A DNA stretch of 64,000 nucleotides from a virus. Its lineage: Duplodnaviria; Caudoviricetes. Below the pieces are notes generated by a model. The model saw only the letters and a list, made by a program, of their open reading frames with translations, was not told the DNA's origin and made no database searches. Below, in pieces: positions 9,108 to 19,631 of the stretch. Within the stretch, counting starts at the first letter, position 1. Each line of letters begins with the position of its first letter. Location: IMG/VR virus record IMGVR_UViG_3300028171_000090, positions 1-64,000 of that record. One strand, 5' to 3'. Both the position numbers and the translations under genes were made by a program.

Positions 9108-9752
9108 TTATTTTTCTGACCAGTCAGTAACTGTCGGATTTACATCCAACACTCCACCGTCAGTACTTCCGTATTGATTCGCAACACGTATATTCTCATG
9201 AATGATATACATCTGTTTGTCATCAATACCATCTCGATATTTCTCGATAAACTTACCGATATCACCCCATGCTTGTTTAGGGTTAAGATAAATCTCATTG
9301 GCATGTACAAGTTGATGAGCCATTTCACATAACATCACAACTTGTATTGTATTGTCAAAATGTTCTCGAATTACTAAATCGGCAACTCGGAACGTAGTAA
9401 TTTTGATATCGTTTGCTATCATCCAATTTGTCAGGATTTCGCAGATATCATACAGGGTAAGAATGGGACCATGATGCATCTCAATTGGAGCATCACCATC
9501 ATCTGATATATCAGGGAATATCATACAGTGGTCTAATCCGATTTCTTCCATTAAATACGCTTTATAACGCTTATACTCTTTACTTGTACGGATTAAACGT
9601 TCCGTCGCTTTAATGAAACGATTCATCGTCTCTAAGTGTAAAAGCTCTTTGTTATTCTGGAAGAATGGTAGAATCATTCCTGTATCAGATTTTAATCTAG
9701 GATTACCCTTCTTTAAACCCTTTACCTTTATGTTAGCAATTTCAGTTCCCAT
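9108..9752 (-). CDS. Hypothetical protein with HNH-like motif
   Basis: EMHH...VMLCEMAHQLVH; late promoter at 9789-9778. Confidence 0.6.
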   Translation of the reverse strand: MGTEIANIKVKGLKKGNPRLKSDTGMILPFFQNNKELLHLETMNRFIKATERLIRTSKEYKRYKAYLMEEIGLDHCMIFPDISDDGDAPIEMHHGPILTLYDICEILTNWMIANDIKITTFRVADLVIREHFDNTIQVVMLCEMAHQLVHANEIYLNPKQAWGDIGKFIEKYRDGIDDKQMYIIHENIRVANQYGSTDGGVLDVNPTVTDWSEK

Positions 9753-9777
9753 AAAGAACCCTCCTTTTACTTGTATT

Positions 9778-9838
9778 TAATACGTTGTTTCCGCTACATC
9801 CCTTATATATCACACATAACCCCTTAAACAACAAATTA
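9778..9838. promoter_or_regulatory. Divergent late promoters AACA-N6-TA (minus 9789-9778; plus 9827-9838)
   Basis: Exact matches to the AR9-type late consensus upstream of both divergent genes. Confidence 0.75.
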
Positions 9839-9857
9839 GTACAAACAGAAAGGGAGT

Positions 9858-12335
9858 GTGAGAATGAGAGCGGATTATAAGCAAACCAATATGATGGACT
9901 TTGTGCTTAATCAGTTAAAGGAAATAAATGAAACACTCACAGTGAAACTAGACTATATCGCCTCTAAATATGAAACACTCGAATCGAAACGGTTAGGCGA
10001 CATGTACTGTGCGGCAAAATTACATATTGATGATTTTGGTACGTACATGACATACAGTGAATATGCGTTAGAGAAAGCTGGATTCCCTCAATCGGAATGG
10101 GAAGATTTACAGCGTAATCGTAGTTTAATTCCTATTGATAAACGTGGTATCGTTCTACAATATCATCGGGAATATATCATTATGAACTACGTGGAACAGA
10201 ATGAATATTATCGTGAGATTAGTGGATTACCTCCATTAGAAGATACATTCGATGACTTCATATATATGGAATATGAAGTAGATGGAGTTGACATTACAAA
10301 ACCAATTCATATGATGGATAATCATGAATTGATGTTACTAGCAATTACAAAGAATATTTCTCGATTAATTGAGAAGCATCCTGAAAAGAAATACCTACGA
10401 CATGTATATGATGGTAAGGTGCCTATTGAAGTAGCACGACGTACAGCTCCATATGAGCTAATGTATATCAAGCGATACTTACAAGACCCTGGGATGCCAT
10501 CTGTCTTTGTACGAATCTATAAAGAGAGTCGTAACTATGTATTGAAACGAATCTACGATAAAGCTTATCAAATGAACTCGGAGTACTATGATGCTTTTAT
10601 CGGATTATTTATCTTGACAATTACTTGTCAACGTTTCATGACACAATACTTTAACCAAGGAATTAACCGAGACTTTTATGATAAAGATATCATTAAAGAG
10701 TTATTCGAATCCTACGGATTACCGTACTACAATGAAATCAGTTTAACGTATATGCGTAAAGTAGCAAAGAACTTGAATAAGCTATTACGCTTTAAAGCAA
10801 CGGATAAAGTATTCGTTGATATCTTTAAACTATTCGAGATTGATAACATTGACGTTACATCTTATTTCCTAATTAAAGACCGGAAGAAAGACCAATACTA
10901 TAATCCTATCTTCAAGTACAAAGAAAAGAAACATGAGGATGGTTCAACTGAGTGGGTTGAAGATGTAGAAGAATGTTATGAGTTGAAGTTTGCTCAGGTT
11001 CCGAATGATACGGTCAACCTAGGGCAAGAGATTATTAACCCTGCCAACCATTTAGATTATTGGTTAGTAGTAGACCATGACTTCCTATGGGGTGATGATG
11101 GTGATAGAGCCAGATTCATGCAAGAAGTTATGTCACAAGAATTTAACTATATTGAGACGAAGTATATCAACTTGACATCAAACTATGATTTAATGAAAAT
11201 CTCGTTTGAGTTATGTTACTTCTTCCGTATGTTAATGGATACCGTTCCAAACCAAAGTTTACTACCGGAACTGTCCATGAAGTATGTAGAACGAGCTACG
11301 TTATTTGATATGATTGTAGCGTTATTCGCTATGATATGTAAGAAGTTTGACCTAGCTGGAAACATCATTGATACAACGACAAAGAATATGAGTATCTATG
11401 GATTTAACTTTGATGCTCGTATGATGAAACGTATCGAGATGTTTATCAATGAATATAACGAAAAGGTCGATATTCCAGATAAGATTATCGATCATACAAA
11501 GATTGATATTAAACAACCACCAGCTAAATATAAAGATGCTGCTGATGTCGTGAATACATACTTTGATAACAAAGATGTGCACGAAGAGATTATCAGTCGT
11601 CGTTATGATGCGACAACAATTGAAGAGTATAATTTATATAAACGTATTTATGATTCTAGTATGATTACGAAATATACAACTAATATGTATCGTGATACGA
11701 AAGGAAACTTACCTCCAACGTACCTAGAATATCTTCGTAAGCATAACGTTGACCTCTATACGGTTGTTAACGAAACAGACACGGAGAATATGATTGATAC
11801 GTTTGATAGTATACTATATGCCCTAGAATTATACTTTGGATCTGATAAATTCGAGAGTCTATTCCTAGATATTCCGACATTATCTGTAGATAGTTTACGT
11901 AAATTCGTATTCTATTTAGTAGATATCTTTAAGTCCTATACTGTCGATTTAACTTCCATGAACGTTGCGTATCATGTAGATGATAAACGACTTCAAAATA
12001 TTAAAGTGGTATTGGAAGAAATATTCCAAGTGAAATGGGAATCTGGGGAAAATGCTTTTAATAATTACAATGACGTTATTACGTCTATTGTACAAGAGCA
12101 AGGAATTGATCAATTCATTGAGATGATTCATGACGTATTCGGACAGGCTAGTTTCACACGTGAAGACTTATTAGACAAACTGAAAGATTGGTATGCAATA
12201 TACGTTCAGAAGGAAATAGGGTCTTCTATGAATTTAGATTACTACGCTGATATAGCCGATATGGAGTCATCTGTCGAACAAAGTACTAAGATTAAAGTAA
12301 AAGATAAAGCGTTCTTTATCAGAGAGGAGAATTAA
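9858..12335 (+). CDS. Large virion structural protein (baseplate-like)
   Basis: 825 aa, late promoter, structural operon context; function inferred only. Confidence 0.5.
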   Translation: MRMRADYKQTNMMDFVLNQLKEINETLTVKLDYIASKYETLESKRLGDMYCAAKLHIDDFGTYMTYSEYALEKAGFPQSEWEDLQRNRSLIPIDKRGIVLQYHREYIIMNYVEQNEYYREISGLPPLEDTFDDFIYMEYEVDGVDITKPIHMMDNHELMLLAITKNISRLIEKHPEKKYLRHVYDGKVPIEVARRTAPYELMYIKRYLQDPGMPSVFVRIYKESRNYVLKRIYDKAYQMNSEYYDAFIGLFILTITCQRFMTQYFNQGINRDFYDKDIIKELFESYGLPYYNEISLTYMRKVAKNLNKLLRFKATDKVFVDIFKLFEIDNIDVTSYFLIKDRKKDQYYNPIFKYKEKKHEDGSTEWVEDVEECYELKFAQVPNDTVNLGQEIINPANHLDYWLVVDHDFLWGDDGDRARFMQEVMSQEFNYIETKYINLTSNYDLMKISFELCYFFRMLMDTVPNQSLLPELSMKYVERATLFDMIVALFAMICKKFDLAGNIIDTTTKNMSIYGFNFDARMMKRIEMFINEYNEKVDIPDKIIDHTKIDIKQPPAKYKDAADVVNTYFDNKDVHEEIISRRYDATTIEEYNLYKRIYDSSMITKYTTNMYRDTKGNLPPTYLEYLRKHNVDLYTVVNETDTENMIDTFDSILYALELYFGSDKFESLFLDIPTLSVDSLRKFVFYLVDIFKSYTVDLTSMNVAYHVDDKRLQNIKVVLEEIFQVKWESGENAFNNYNDVITSIVQEQGIDQFIEMIHDVFGQASFTREDLLDKLKDWYAIYVQKEIGSSMNLDYYADIADMESSVEQSTKIKVKDKAFFIREEN

Positions 12336-12338
12336 CAT

Positions 12339-13202
12339 ATGTCTACTGATGCAAAAACATTACTATTCGGTGACCATGTATCGACTGATGAAGCACATAA
12401 AGTCTTATTAAATGACTTTCAGAAAAAGGTGCAGAATCCAAAAGGTCCTACATTTAAAACACAAGTAATCGCTCAAAATGAATTAGGGGAAGTCTTATTC
12501 GATGAGCATAATGAACTTCTATTATCTGGAGGTTTATTCTTATTACAAAAGATTGCAAACGTTGATACACCTATCACAATTGCAACGTTAAACCAGGATT
12601 TAAATATTCTTCCGCAAATCGTAAAACCACCTGAGGCGGGTCTACGTCGTGAAGACGTATTATTCGGATTTGCTGTCGGTGTAGGTGGAGCTGGAGATGT
12701 ATTTGATACTGTAAAAGATGTCAAGTACAAAGAACGTAAAGTAGAAGGTATTCTACCATTCCGTAAAGTTCCTACTAATAAGGACTTATCTACAGCATTA
12801 CGTGGTAAGTATTTCATGCGTCGTCAAGATGCATCTTATTATGAATACTATGTAAAGAAATTTGAAACACCACCTGTAATTCACGTAGAGTTCGACGAGC
12901 CAGGTAACCCATCTGTACCAGGGGATGTTGATACACAACCTGAAAACAAAATCATGAATACGTACATTCAGTTCGTATTGAAGATTGATAAAGATGACTG
13001 TCGTCAATACTTTCAATTAAATGGTGGAGGCTTAAATAAAGCTCGTATTAATACGTTAGGTTTAGTTCATGGATATCCTGATAACTCATTAGGTTATTCT
13101 GAATACCGTTCTTGTCGTATATTCTCTAAACTGAATTTCAACAACGAACCACTAGCAAACCTATCAAAAGAAATTACAATCATTTATAAAATTTATGTTT
13201 AA
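12339..13202 (+). CDS. Putative baseplate/tail structural protein
   Basis: Late operon; GVGGAG motif; beta-rich C-terminus. Confidence 0.45.
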   Translation: MSTDAKTLLFGDHVSTDEAHKVLLNDFQKKVQNPKGPTFKTQVIAQNELGEVLFDEHNELLLSGGLFLLQKIANVDTPITIATLNQDLNILPQIVKPPEAGLRREDVLFGFAVGVGGAGDVFDTVKDVKYKERKVEGILPFRKVPTNKDLSTALRGKYFMRRQDASYYEYYVKKFETPPVIHVEFDEPGNPSVPGDVDTQPENKIMNTYIQFVLKIDKDDCRQYFQLNGGGLNKARINTLGLVHGYPDNSLGYSEYRSCRIFSKLNFNNEPLANLSKEITIIYKIYV

Positions 13203-13261
13203 TCTCTGTAAGGCTGCCACGTGCAGTCTTACAGTATTTCTATTTAAAAGGAGGAATTAAT

Positions 13262-14476
13262 ATGGCAACAGTTACAGGCACTGACTTAGAGTTTGTACTA
13301 GGTTGGGAACGTAAGAATATCAATCGTCAAATGATTATTGATACATTTGCTAAAAAATATACAAAAGGAGAAAAAGGGAAAGCGCAAGTAAAATCCCGGT
13401 TAAATGGTACAGACAAGATTGTGATTCCAAAAGGTACGTATCATAATAATACGTCACCTATTTCTACTACGGTAGGGAAATACTTCTTTAACGTATTTTT
13501 TATTTCTCCACATTTCTACGATATCTTTGGCTATATTAATGAGCCTATTGATGCTGATAAGTTCGAAGATATCGAGAGAGTCTTATCAAAACAACTATTG
13601 GACGATAAGATTAAAACAGAACACTTCATTCAATATCTGAATGATGTACAGTGGTTCGGATTCAGCTTTAATAATATCTTTGTAAGCTCAATGTCTCAAC
13701 GTACAACAGTTCCATTGGACTCTGTAGCAAGAGAGAAGAAAAAGCTTATCAAACAACATGAAGAAGAATTACAAAAAGGTAATGCTGAAGTTGCAGCTAA
13801 AATAGAGAAAGACCTACTGAAAGTTGCAAAAGGTGAACTAGGGAAAGATGCTGGTATGGAATTATATGATTCTGGTGCAAAACCTAAGTTCGGTAATAAC
13901 TATAAAAACTTATTCGTTATGAAAGGTCCAATGCAAGATAATACGAATGGTGGATATAAGATTAGTACAAGTAACTATGCCGACGGCATTGAGAAAGATG
14001 ATATCGAGCTATATGCAGATGCTCTTGTTACAGGTGCTTACGCAAAAGGTGTAGGCACACAGGTTGGTGGTTACTTAACGAAGAAATACATGGCAGCCTT
14101 CCAGTCCTTAGTATTAGGACCAAAAGGTTCTGACTGTAAATCTAAGACATATCAAGAGATATTCTTAACGAAGAAGAATGCATTCTTATTTGAATATCGT
14201 TATATTATTGACGGTGCTAAATTGGTTATGTTGGACGATACAACAATGTCTAAGTACATTGGACGTAAAGTTAAAATGCGTGACCCATTATTCTGTGCAT
14301 CTGAACGTATCTGTAATAAATGTGCAGGCGAGTTATATTATAAACTTGGTATTATTAATATTGGTATTACATCTACACGTATGTCAGCATCAGTGATGCA
14401 GCGTTCATTGAAAAAGTTCCATGATACTTCTATTAAACTAAATCCAGTTCAATTAGAAGATATCGTAATAGATTAA
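13262..14476 (+). CDS. RNA polymerase beta' subunit, C-terminal part (probably virion RNAP)
   Basis: Bridge helix TQVGGYLTKKY; Zn site DC...RDPLFC...CNKC; trigger loop QRSLKKFH. Confidence 0.85.
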   Translation: MATVTGTDLEFVLGWERKNINRQMIIDTFAKKYTKGEKGKAQVKSRLNGTDKIVIPKGTYHNNTSPISTTVGKYFFNVFFISPHFYDIFGYINEPIDADKFEDIERVLSKQLLDDKIKTEHFIQYLNDVQWFGFSFNNIFVSSMSQRTTVPLDSVAREKKKLIKQHEEELQKGNAEVAAKIEKDLLKVAKGELGKDAGMELYDSGAKPKFGNNYKNLFVMKGPMQDNTNGGYKISTSNYADGIEKDDIELYADALVTGAYAKGVGTQVGGYLTKKYMAAFQSLVLGPKGSDCKSKTYQEIFLTKKNAFLFEYRYIIDGAKLVMLDDTTMSKYIGRKVKMRDPLFCASERICNKCAGELYYKLGIINIGITSTRMSASVMQRSLKKFHDTSIKLNPVQLEDIVID

Positions 14477-14478
14477 CA

Positions 14479-14514
14479 GAGGAAGCCTATACGGGCTTCC
14501 TCAACATTTTTATA
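14479..14514 (+). promoter_or_regulatory. Hairpin terminator followed by late promoter AACA-ttttta-TA (14503-14514)
   Basis: GAGGAAGCC/GGCTTCCTC stem, then consensus match. Confidence 0.7.
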
Positions 14515-14532
14515 ATAATAGTAAGGAGGTTT

Positions 14533-15438
14533 ATGATGAAAATAATTAATAATTTTAAAGAACTATATTCGTTATTAGCTGAACCGTACGTACATTATGC
14601 ATTTAATCATCCTAATGGGATACGTACCAGCGGTTCTACAAACTATCTCTTAGATTTAACAGGAAAAAGTGACGAAGTTAGATTATATGGCATTACTCTT
14701 GAAAATCCTACAGATATACCTAATAGGAAAGGTGTGTTTAATGGGTCTACTTCGTATGCCTCTACCAAAATTTTATTACCTGAACGGTATTATATTGATA
14801 TGGAAATTACACCCATATCTGGTGATACTGGGTGTATACTAGGTACTGCACTTTATGGTGATGGGTCTATATCAAGAGAAACTGACGGAACCATAATATA
14901 TCAATCAGGTAATAGTAGTAGCGCTACTGTTAATCATTTTATGTATAATGGCAAATCGTATATGAATAATATATCTATAGGTGAGTTACCATTCTCTAAA
15001 GCATTTAGAGTTGAAATTATGCATAATAATAAACTCAATACACCTGTTTTACTTAAAAGTAAAAGTGATGACTCTACAGTTAAAACGGTACAATGTAATG
15101 CTGAAGTTAAACAATTACGGACAATTTGTATGGGTAGAGGTCAGTCATTAGATTCTCGATTATATTATAAAGGCTCTATAACTTATATTAAAATCTATGA
15201 TTTAGATAAGTTAACGGAAACAAAAATGTTCTTACAGGATACTGACGGTAAGTATTATACAATAGATAGTACGAATCGAATCGTAATTATTCCTGAAGAT
15301 TCATATAATACTGATGCTAAGCTATTAGAAGCTATAAGTAAAAGCGGATTTACAACTTCTCAGTTAAGTGATTTACCGCAAGCTTTGGTGACTGGATGGT
15401 TTAAAGATAAATTTAGAATAGTAGTTAAAGCTATATAA
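14533..15438 (+). CDS. LamG/concanavalin-like beta-sandwich protein with conserved C-terminal module
   Basis: YKGSITYIKIYD LamG-type end motif; C-terminal DGKYY...GF...FRIV module. Confidence 0.55.
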   Translation: MMKIINNFKELYSLLAEPYVHYAFNHPNGIRTSGSTNYLLDLTGKSDEVRLYGITLENPTDIPNRKGVFNGSTSYASTKILLPERYYIDMEITPISGDTGCILGTALYGDGSISRETDGTIIYQSGNSSSATVNHFMYNGKSYMNNISIGELPFSKAFRVEIMHNNKLNTPVLLKSKSDDSTVKTVQCNAEVKQLRTICMGRGQSLDSRLYYKGSITYIKIYDLDKLTETKMFLQDTDGKYYTIDSTNRIVIIPEDSYNTDAKLLEAISKSGFTTSQLSDLPQALVTGWFKDKFRIVVKAI

Positions 15439-15450
15439 GGAGGCTATACT

Positions 15451-16398
15451 ATGGGAACTATAGTAAAAACAGAACCAATTAAATCTATTAATGATATAGA
15501 ATCAACAAGAAAAAGATTAGTGGCAAAATATGATGTCAATGATCCAAGAGGTGTTGTCGGTGACACTTTAGTCGATTTATCAGGTAATGGTAACGATGGG
15601 ACTATGAAAAATGTTGAAATAGTGGAGGATGTTAGTCTTGGAAGAAAAGTAATGTACTTTAATAATACTCCAAAAGAATCCCCTACAAGCTATGTTACAT
15701 TTAAATCATCAGTGGTCCCGGTTCGACATTATATGAAAATGAAGTTGAGACCCGCAATATTTGGCTCTATTATGCATTTATTTCAGACATTAGACACCTC
15801 TTACAATTCTGGAGAGTATGGTATTGGATTAAATATACCGACTGCCACTTCTGGTGGAAATTACGGGATAGCATATTCTAGTTATTACTGGAAAGCGAAT
15901 GGATCATCACCTGGAAATCTTATTGTAAATCCAGGCTATAATATACCTTCAACGGGTTTAACTTGGGTTCCGGTTGATATTGTAAATAATGCAATAACTG
16001 GTGAAAAAATTATAGTTAGAACTTTTAACAACTTACTTAAAGAATCTGTACCGAGTGCTAATGAAGTATTTAAAGGGCATACTCGAAGATTTACATTAGG
16101 GTGTAGATTCGATACAAGTTTAGTATATGGGTATAATGGATATATTGATAGTGTGGAAATTTATGATTTAGATGCACCTGCCATATATCTTATCTGTGAT
16201 AGTAAGAAGAAATTATATACGATCCAAAGTGGCGAATTGGTTACTTTAAATATCACATTAGATTCTACCGACGCGGAAGTCAAGAATGCAATTAAAACAA
16301 AAGGATTTACAGATACAACTCAACTTATCAACTTAATGAAGTCTCCTTCATGGGATATGTCGTCATTCAGTTTAGTGATGTATGATGTTGTAGGATAA
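15451..16398 (+). CDS. LamG/concanavalin-like protein, paralog of 14533-15438
   Basis: DLSGNGNDGT and YNGYIDSVEIYD motifs; shared C-terminal module. Confidence 0.65.
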   Translation: MGTIVKTEPIKSINDIESTRKRLVAKYDVNDPRGVVGDTLVDLSGNGNDGTMKNVEIVEDVSLGRKVMYFNNTPKESPTSYVTFKSSVVPVRHYMKMKLRPAIFGSIMHLFQTLDTSYNSGEYGIGLNIPTATSGGNYGIAYSSYYWKANGSSPGNLIVNPGYNIPSTGLTWVPVDIVNNAITGEKIIVRTFNNLLKESVPSANEVFKGHTRRFTLGCRFDTSLVYGYNGYIDSVEIYDLDAPAIYLICDSKKKLYTIQSGELVTLNITLDSTDAEVKNAIKTKGFTDTTQLINLMKSPSWDMSSFSLVMYDVVG

Positions 16399-16418
16399 TT
16401 AGTTTTTACACGACTAAA

Positions 16419-16454
16419 AACAATCTAATAAAGAATTATATATTATATAGGTGA
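16419..16454 (+). promoter_or_regulatory. Tandem late (16419-16430) and early-type (16437-16454) promoters
   Basis: AACA-atctaa-TA and TATATATTATATAGGTGA. Confidence 0.7.
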
Positions 16455-16488
16455 ATATGATAATTAAAATGTTAGGGAGTGCTTAGTC

Positions 16489-18006
16489 GTGGCAAAGAAC
16501 AGAAAAGTGAAATTAGTCGTAAAAGATTATCGAGAAATGTATAAGGAGGATATGCGAAACGGAAACGGTTTCGATATCGTGACTCCTGAAGGGTTAGCCG
16601 CGAACGGTGACCGAGAAGACGGAGGTATCTATTCTAGCAAATACGGTTCCCTATGGGGTGATGAGAATGCATTCGCTGAACGCTATCGTTGTGAATGTGG
16701 TTACTTAACAAGCCGTATCTATGAAGGATCAGATTGCCCTGAATGTAATACACCTGTAAAATTCGTAGACAATAACCTACAGATGACAGGTTGGCTACAT
16801 CTAGAAAATGAGCATTATCTGATTCATCCTACACTATGTCGAATGATTGAAACACTTATCGGAAACCGTAAGGTGTTCTTTAATATCATCGACGCTGATT
16901 ATAACCTGAACCTAGAAGGTCAGTATGAACTAGTAAAAGTGGACACTGGTAAACCACATAATGATAAATATTATGGTATCGGTATGACAGAGTTCTATTA
17001 TAGATTTGATGAGATTATAGACTATTACTATAATTACCATCGTAAGAAACGTCCAATCGTAGAAGAGTATTATCAATTCATTATGGAGAACCGTGAGAAA
17101 GTATTCACGAAGTTCGTTCCTGTATACTCTCTACTATTACGACCAATCTCAATTACAGAAGAGAATTTCAGATTCGGTCAGATTAATGGTAAATATGCAA
17201 AACTAACTTCTAAGATATTCGGTATCAATAAGAATAACTTATCGACAGATAAGAAACGTATTCGTCTATACCGATTACTATCAGAAGCACAAAAGATTCT
17301 AATGGATGTGCATGATGATATCATCTCAGCACTATCTAAGAAAGAAGGACATATTCGAGGAAACATCTTAGGTTCTCGTTTCAACTTCAGTTCACGTAAC
17401 GTAATCGTTCCATTATCGGACTGTAAGATTAATGAGATTAAATTACCTTACCTCGGATTCTTAGAATTATTTAAACCAGAGTTAATCAATCTGATGATTA
17501 AGTCAGAAGGAATTACAATCAGTGAAGCAACTGATAAATGGCAGAAAGCGACCATATCCTTTAGTAATAAGATGCTACAGTTTATGAAGTATCTCATCAA
17601 TAATACAAAGGGTGGTTTACGAGTACTGATTAACCGTAACCCGACAATCAGTTATGGTAGCGTACTTTGTATGAAAGTAGATGTAAAGGAAGAATATGAT
17701 GACTATACAATGTCTATTCCGATTAACGTACTAGGTGTACTAGCGGGAGACTTTGATGGTGACGTATTAAACATTATCTCTCTGAAAGGTAGAGAGCTAA
17801 CATACAGCTACAATGCAGCTTATAATCCAAGAAGTAATATGTTAATCAACCGCAATGATGGTAAGTTTAACTCAGACTTCAATTTAATTAAAGACCAATT
17901 GATTTCATTACATCAGTTCAATCAAATTGGTAAAACATCTATAAGACAAGTACGAGTTAAACGTACGAAAGAAAAAGCAGTCTATGATGCAATCTATCTA
18001 GACTAA
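16489..18006 (+). CDS. RNA polymerase beta' subunit, N-terminal part with catalytic DFDGD (probably non-virion RNAP)
   Basis: Zn finger CECG...CPEC; GHIRGNILGSR; LINRNPT; LAGDFDGD. Confidence 0.92.
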   Translation: MAKNRKVKLVVKDYREMYKEDMRNGNGFDIVTPEGLAANGDREDGGIYSSKYGSLWGDENAFAERYRCECGYLTSRIYEGSDCPECNTPVKFVDNNLQMTGWLHLENEHYLIHPTLCRMIETLIGNRKVFFNIIDADYNLNLEGQYELVKVDTGKPHNDKYYGIGMTEFYYRFDEIIDYYYNYHRKKRPIVEEYYQFIMENREKVFTKFVPVYSLLLRPISITEENFRFGQINGKYAKLTSKIFGINKNNLSTDKKRIRLYRLLSEAQKILMDVHDDIISALSKKEGHIRGNILGSRFNFSSRNVIVPLSDCKINEIKLPYLGFLELFKPELINLMIKSEGITISEATDKWQKATISFSNKMLQFMKYLINNTKGGLRVLINRNPTISYGSVLCMKVDVKEEYDDYTMSIPINVLGVLAGDFDGDVLNIISLKGRELTYSYNAAYNPRSNMLINRNDGKFNSDFNLIKDQLISLHQFNQIGKTSIRQVRVKRTKEKAVYDAIYLD

Positions 18007-18011
18007 CAAAT

Positions 18012-18046
18012 GGAGACAGGATAAATTCCTGTCTCTATATTTTTTT
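18012..18046 (+). terminator. Intrinsic terminator
   Basis: GAGACAGGA/TCCTGTCTC stem plus T-run. Confidence 0.8.
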
Positions 18047-18118
18047 GATTATTTTTTAATAATAACATAACACGTATTCAAGGGAGAGGATAATCTACTA
18101 TATTAGGAGGATTATCCC

Positions 18119-18373
18119 ATGGTAAATGCAAGACAATTTTTGAAAGTGTATGAAGACGATTTCGAGGAAATCGGATATTTTATAAGTAAAATGGAGCAAG
18201 CGTATCCAAACGGTATGAAGAAATTTGATAAGATACTATACCGCCACACGATGTGGGATGTTGTAGATGCCGCTTATGCTTACTATTCATTAGAAGTTCT
18301 AAAGGAGGATTGCTCACCTAGAGATAAGAACATCATGCGTTCTATAATAGATATTATTAAAAGTTATGATTGA
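18119..18373 (+). CDS. Hypothetical protein
   Basis: AGGAGG RBS. Confidence 0.7.
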   Translation: MVNARQFLKVYEDDFEEIGYFISKMEQAYPNGMKKFDKILYRHTMWDVVDAAYAYYSLEVLKEDCSPRDKNIMRSIIDIIKSYD

Positions 18374-18424
18374 AAATAACTATACATTATATAGGTGAAT
18401 AAATTAGATAGGAGCGATTTTATT

Positions 18425-18928
18425 ATGGCACAATTAGAACTAAATTATGAGGAAGTTATACACGCAGGAGAACTTGTAGCTATCGTACAAAAGAATACGA
18501 GAGCCTTATTACAAGAATATACTGAATTAGATGATATTACAATACAGAGAGTATCATTAGCGATAACTGATGGAGAAAAAGTTGTATTAAAACAGACATC
18601 AGACTATAAAGACTTATTGAGAGAAATGAACCTATTAAACTCATCTATCCAACATATGAATGGTATCGATGAAGGTATCATTGAAATGGCTCGACCAATT
18701 ATCGGTAATGATGATATGGCATTCGGTGTAGCATTTCAAGCTATGGTAGCCGATGGTAATAAAAGTAAAGGAATTTATAAGCGCGCAAGTGCTTTTGTAC
18801 CTGATCCAAACGAACTCGTTATATTTGTTAAACGTAGAATGCATTGGATCGGTAGTGATAGATATAATAAAAATAAAAGTGAAGCATCACATAAAAATAC
18901 AATAATTATATATAACCCAGCTAAATAA
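18425..18928 (+). CDS. Hypothetical early protein (family A, copy 1)
   Basis: Start moved to ATG 18425 because the track's GTG lies inside the promoter motif; C-terminal LVIFVKR...IIIYNP. Confidence 0.65.
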   Translation: MAQLELNYEEVIHAGELVAIVQKNTRALLQEYTELDDITIQRVSLAITDGEKVVLKQTSDYKDLLREMNLLNSSIQHMNGIDEGIIEMARPIIGNDDMAFGVAFQAMVADGNKSKGIYKRASAFVPDPNELVIFVKRRMHWIGSDRYNKNKSEASHKNTIIIYNPAK

Positions 18929-18972
18929 TACTAATAATAAATTATAATAATACACATCAGGAGGAAATAAAA

Positions 18973-19500
18973 ATGTTTAATTTAAAAGAAGAATTCGCAG
19001 ATATCGCAATGGAAGCAGAAGCTAGATTAAGTAAACTGAAAGGAATATTAGGATTACGTTCTAGAGGTATGCTAACTGAAGAAGAAATAGCTATGATTGC
19101 TAATAAAGTAGGAACTGGTACATTCTATCATATTCATACGATTACTACACCATCTAAAATGATGAAGATGATAACTGATCGTACTACAATATATGATAAG
19201 CAATATGTACCTGGCGTAAATAAGAAATACGGAGCTATTGATAAGTCGCAAGTATTATTAGGAGAATGCACTTTTGGAACTTATAGTAGCACGTTTAAAT
19301 ATAAAGCTGATAATTCAGCAGACAAATCAAAACAACATACGAATGCACAGTTTAATCCAACGAAACCATTAGTAGTTAAGAAAGAGATTAATAACTGGAC
19401 AGTATCATATGATGGAAATACGTATGAGCCAATTATGAATGCTCATCATGTAAAAGAAATTATTTATATTTACCTACCAGTAGGTAACATTAGGAAGTAG
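18973..19500 (+). CDS. Hypothetical early protein (family A, copy 2)
   Basis: LVVKKE...EIIYIYLP. Confidence 0.7.
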   Translation: MFNLKEEFADIAMEAEARLSKLKGILGLRSRGMLTEEEIAMIANKVGTGTFYHIHTITTPSKMMKMITDRTTIYDKQYVPGVNKKYGAIDKSQVLLGECTFGTYSSTFKYKADNSADKSKQHTNAQFNPTKPLVVKKEINNWTVSYDGNTYEPIMNAHHVKEIIYIYLPVGNIRK

Positions 19501-19631
19501 ACCACAATCGGTCTACTTCTTTTTTTTTGTCACTTTTACTAAAATCGTAATAACGAATACTACAAGTACACATTATATAAGTGAGATAATAAAAAGTTAT
19601 CTAATTATAAAATCACTGGAGGTCATCAAAA

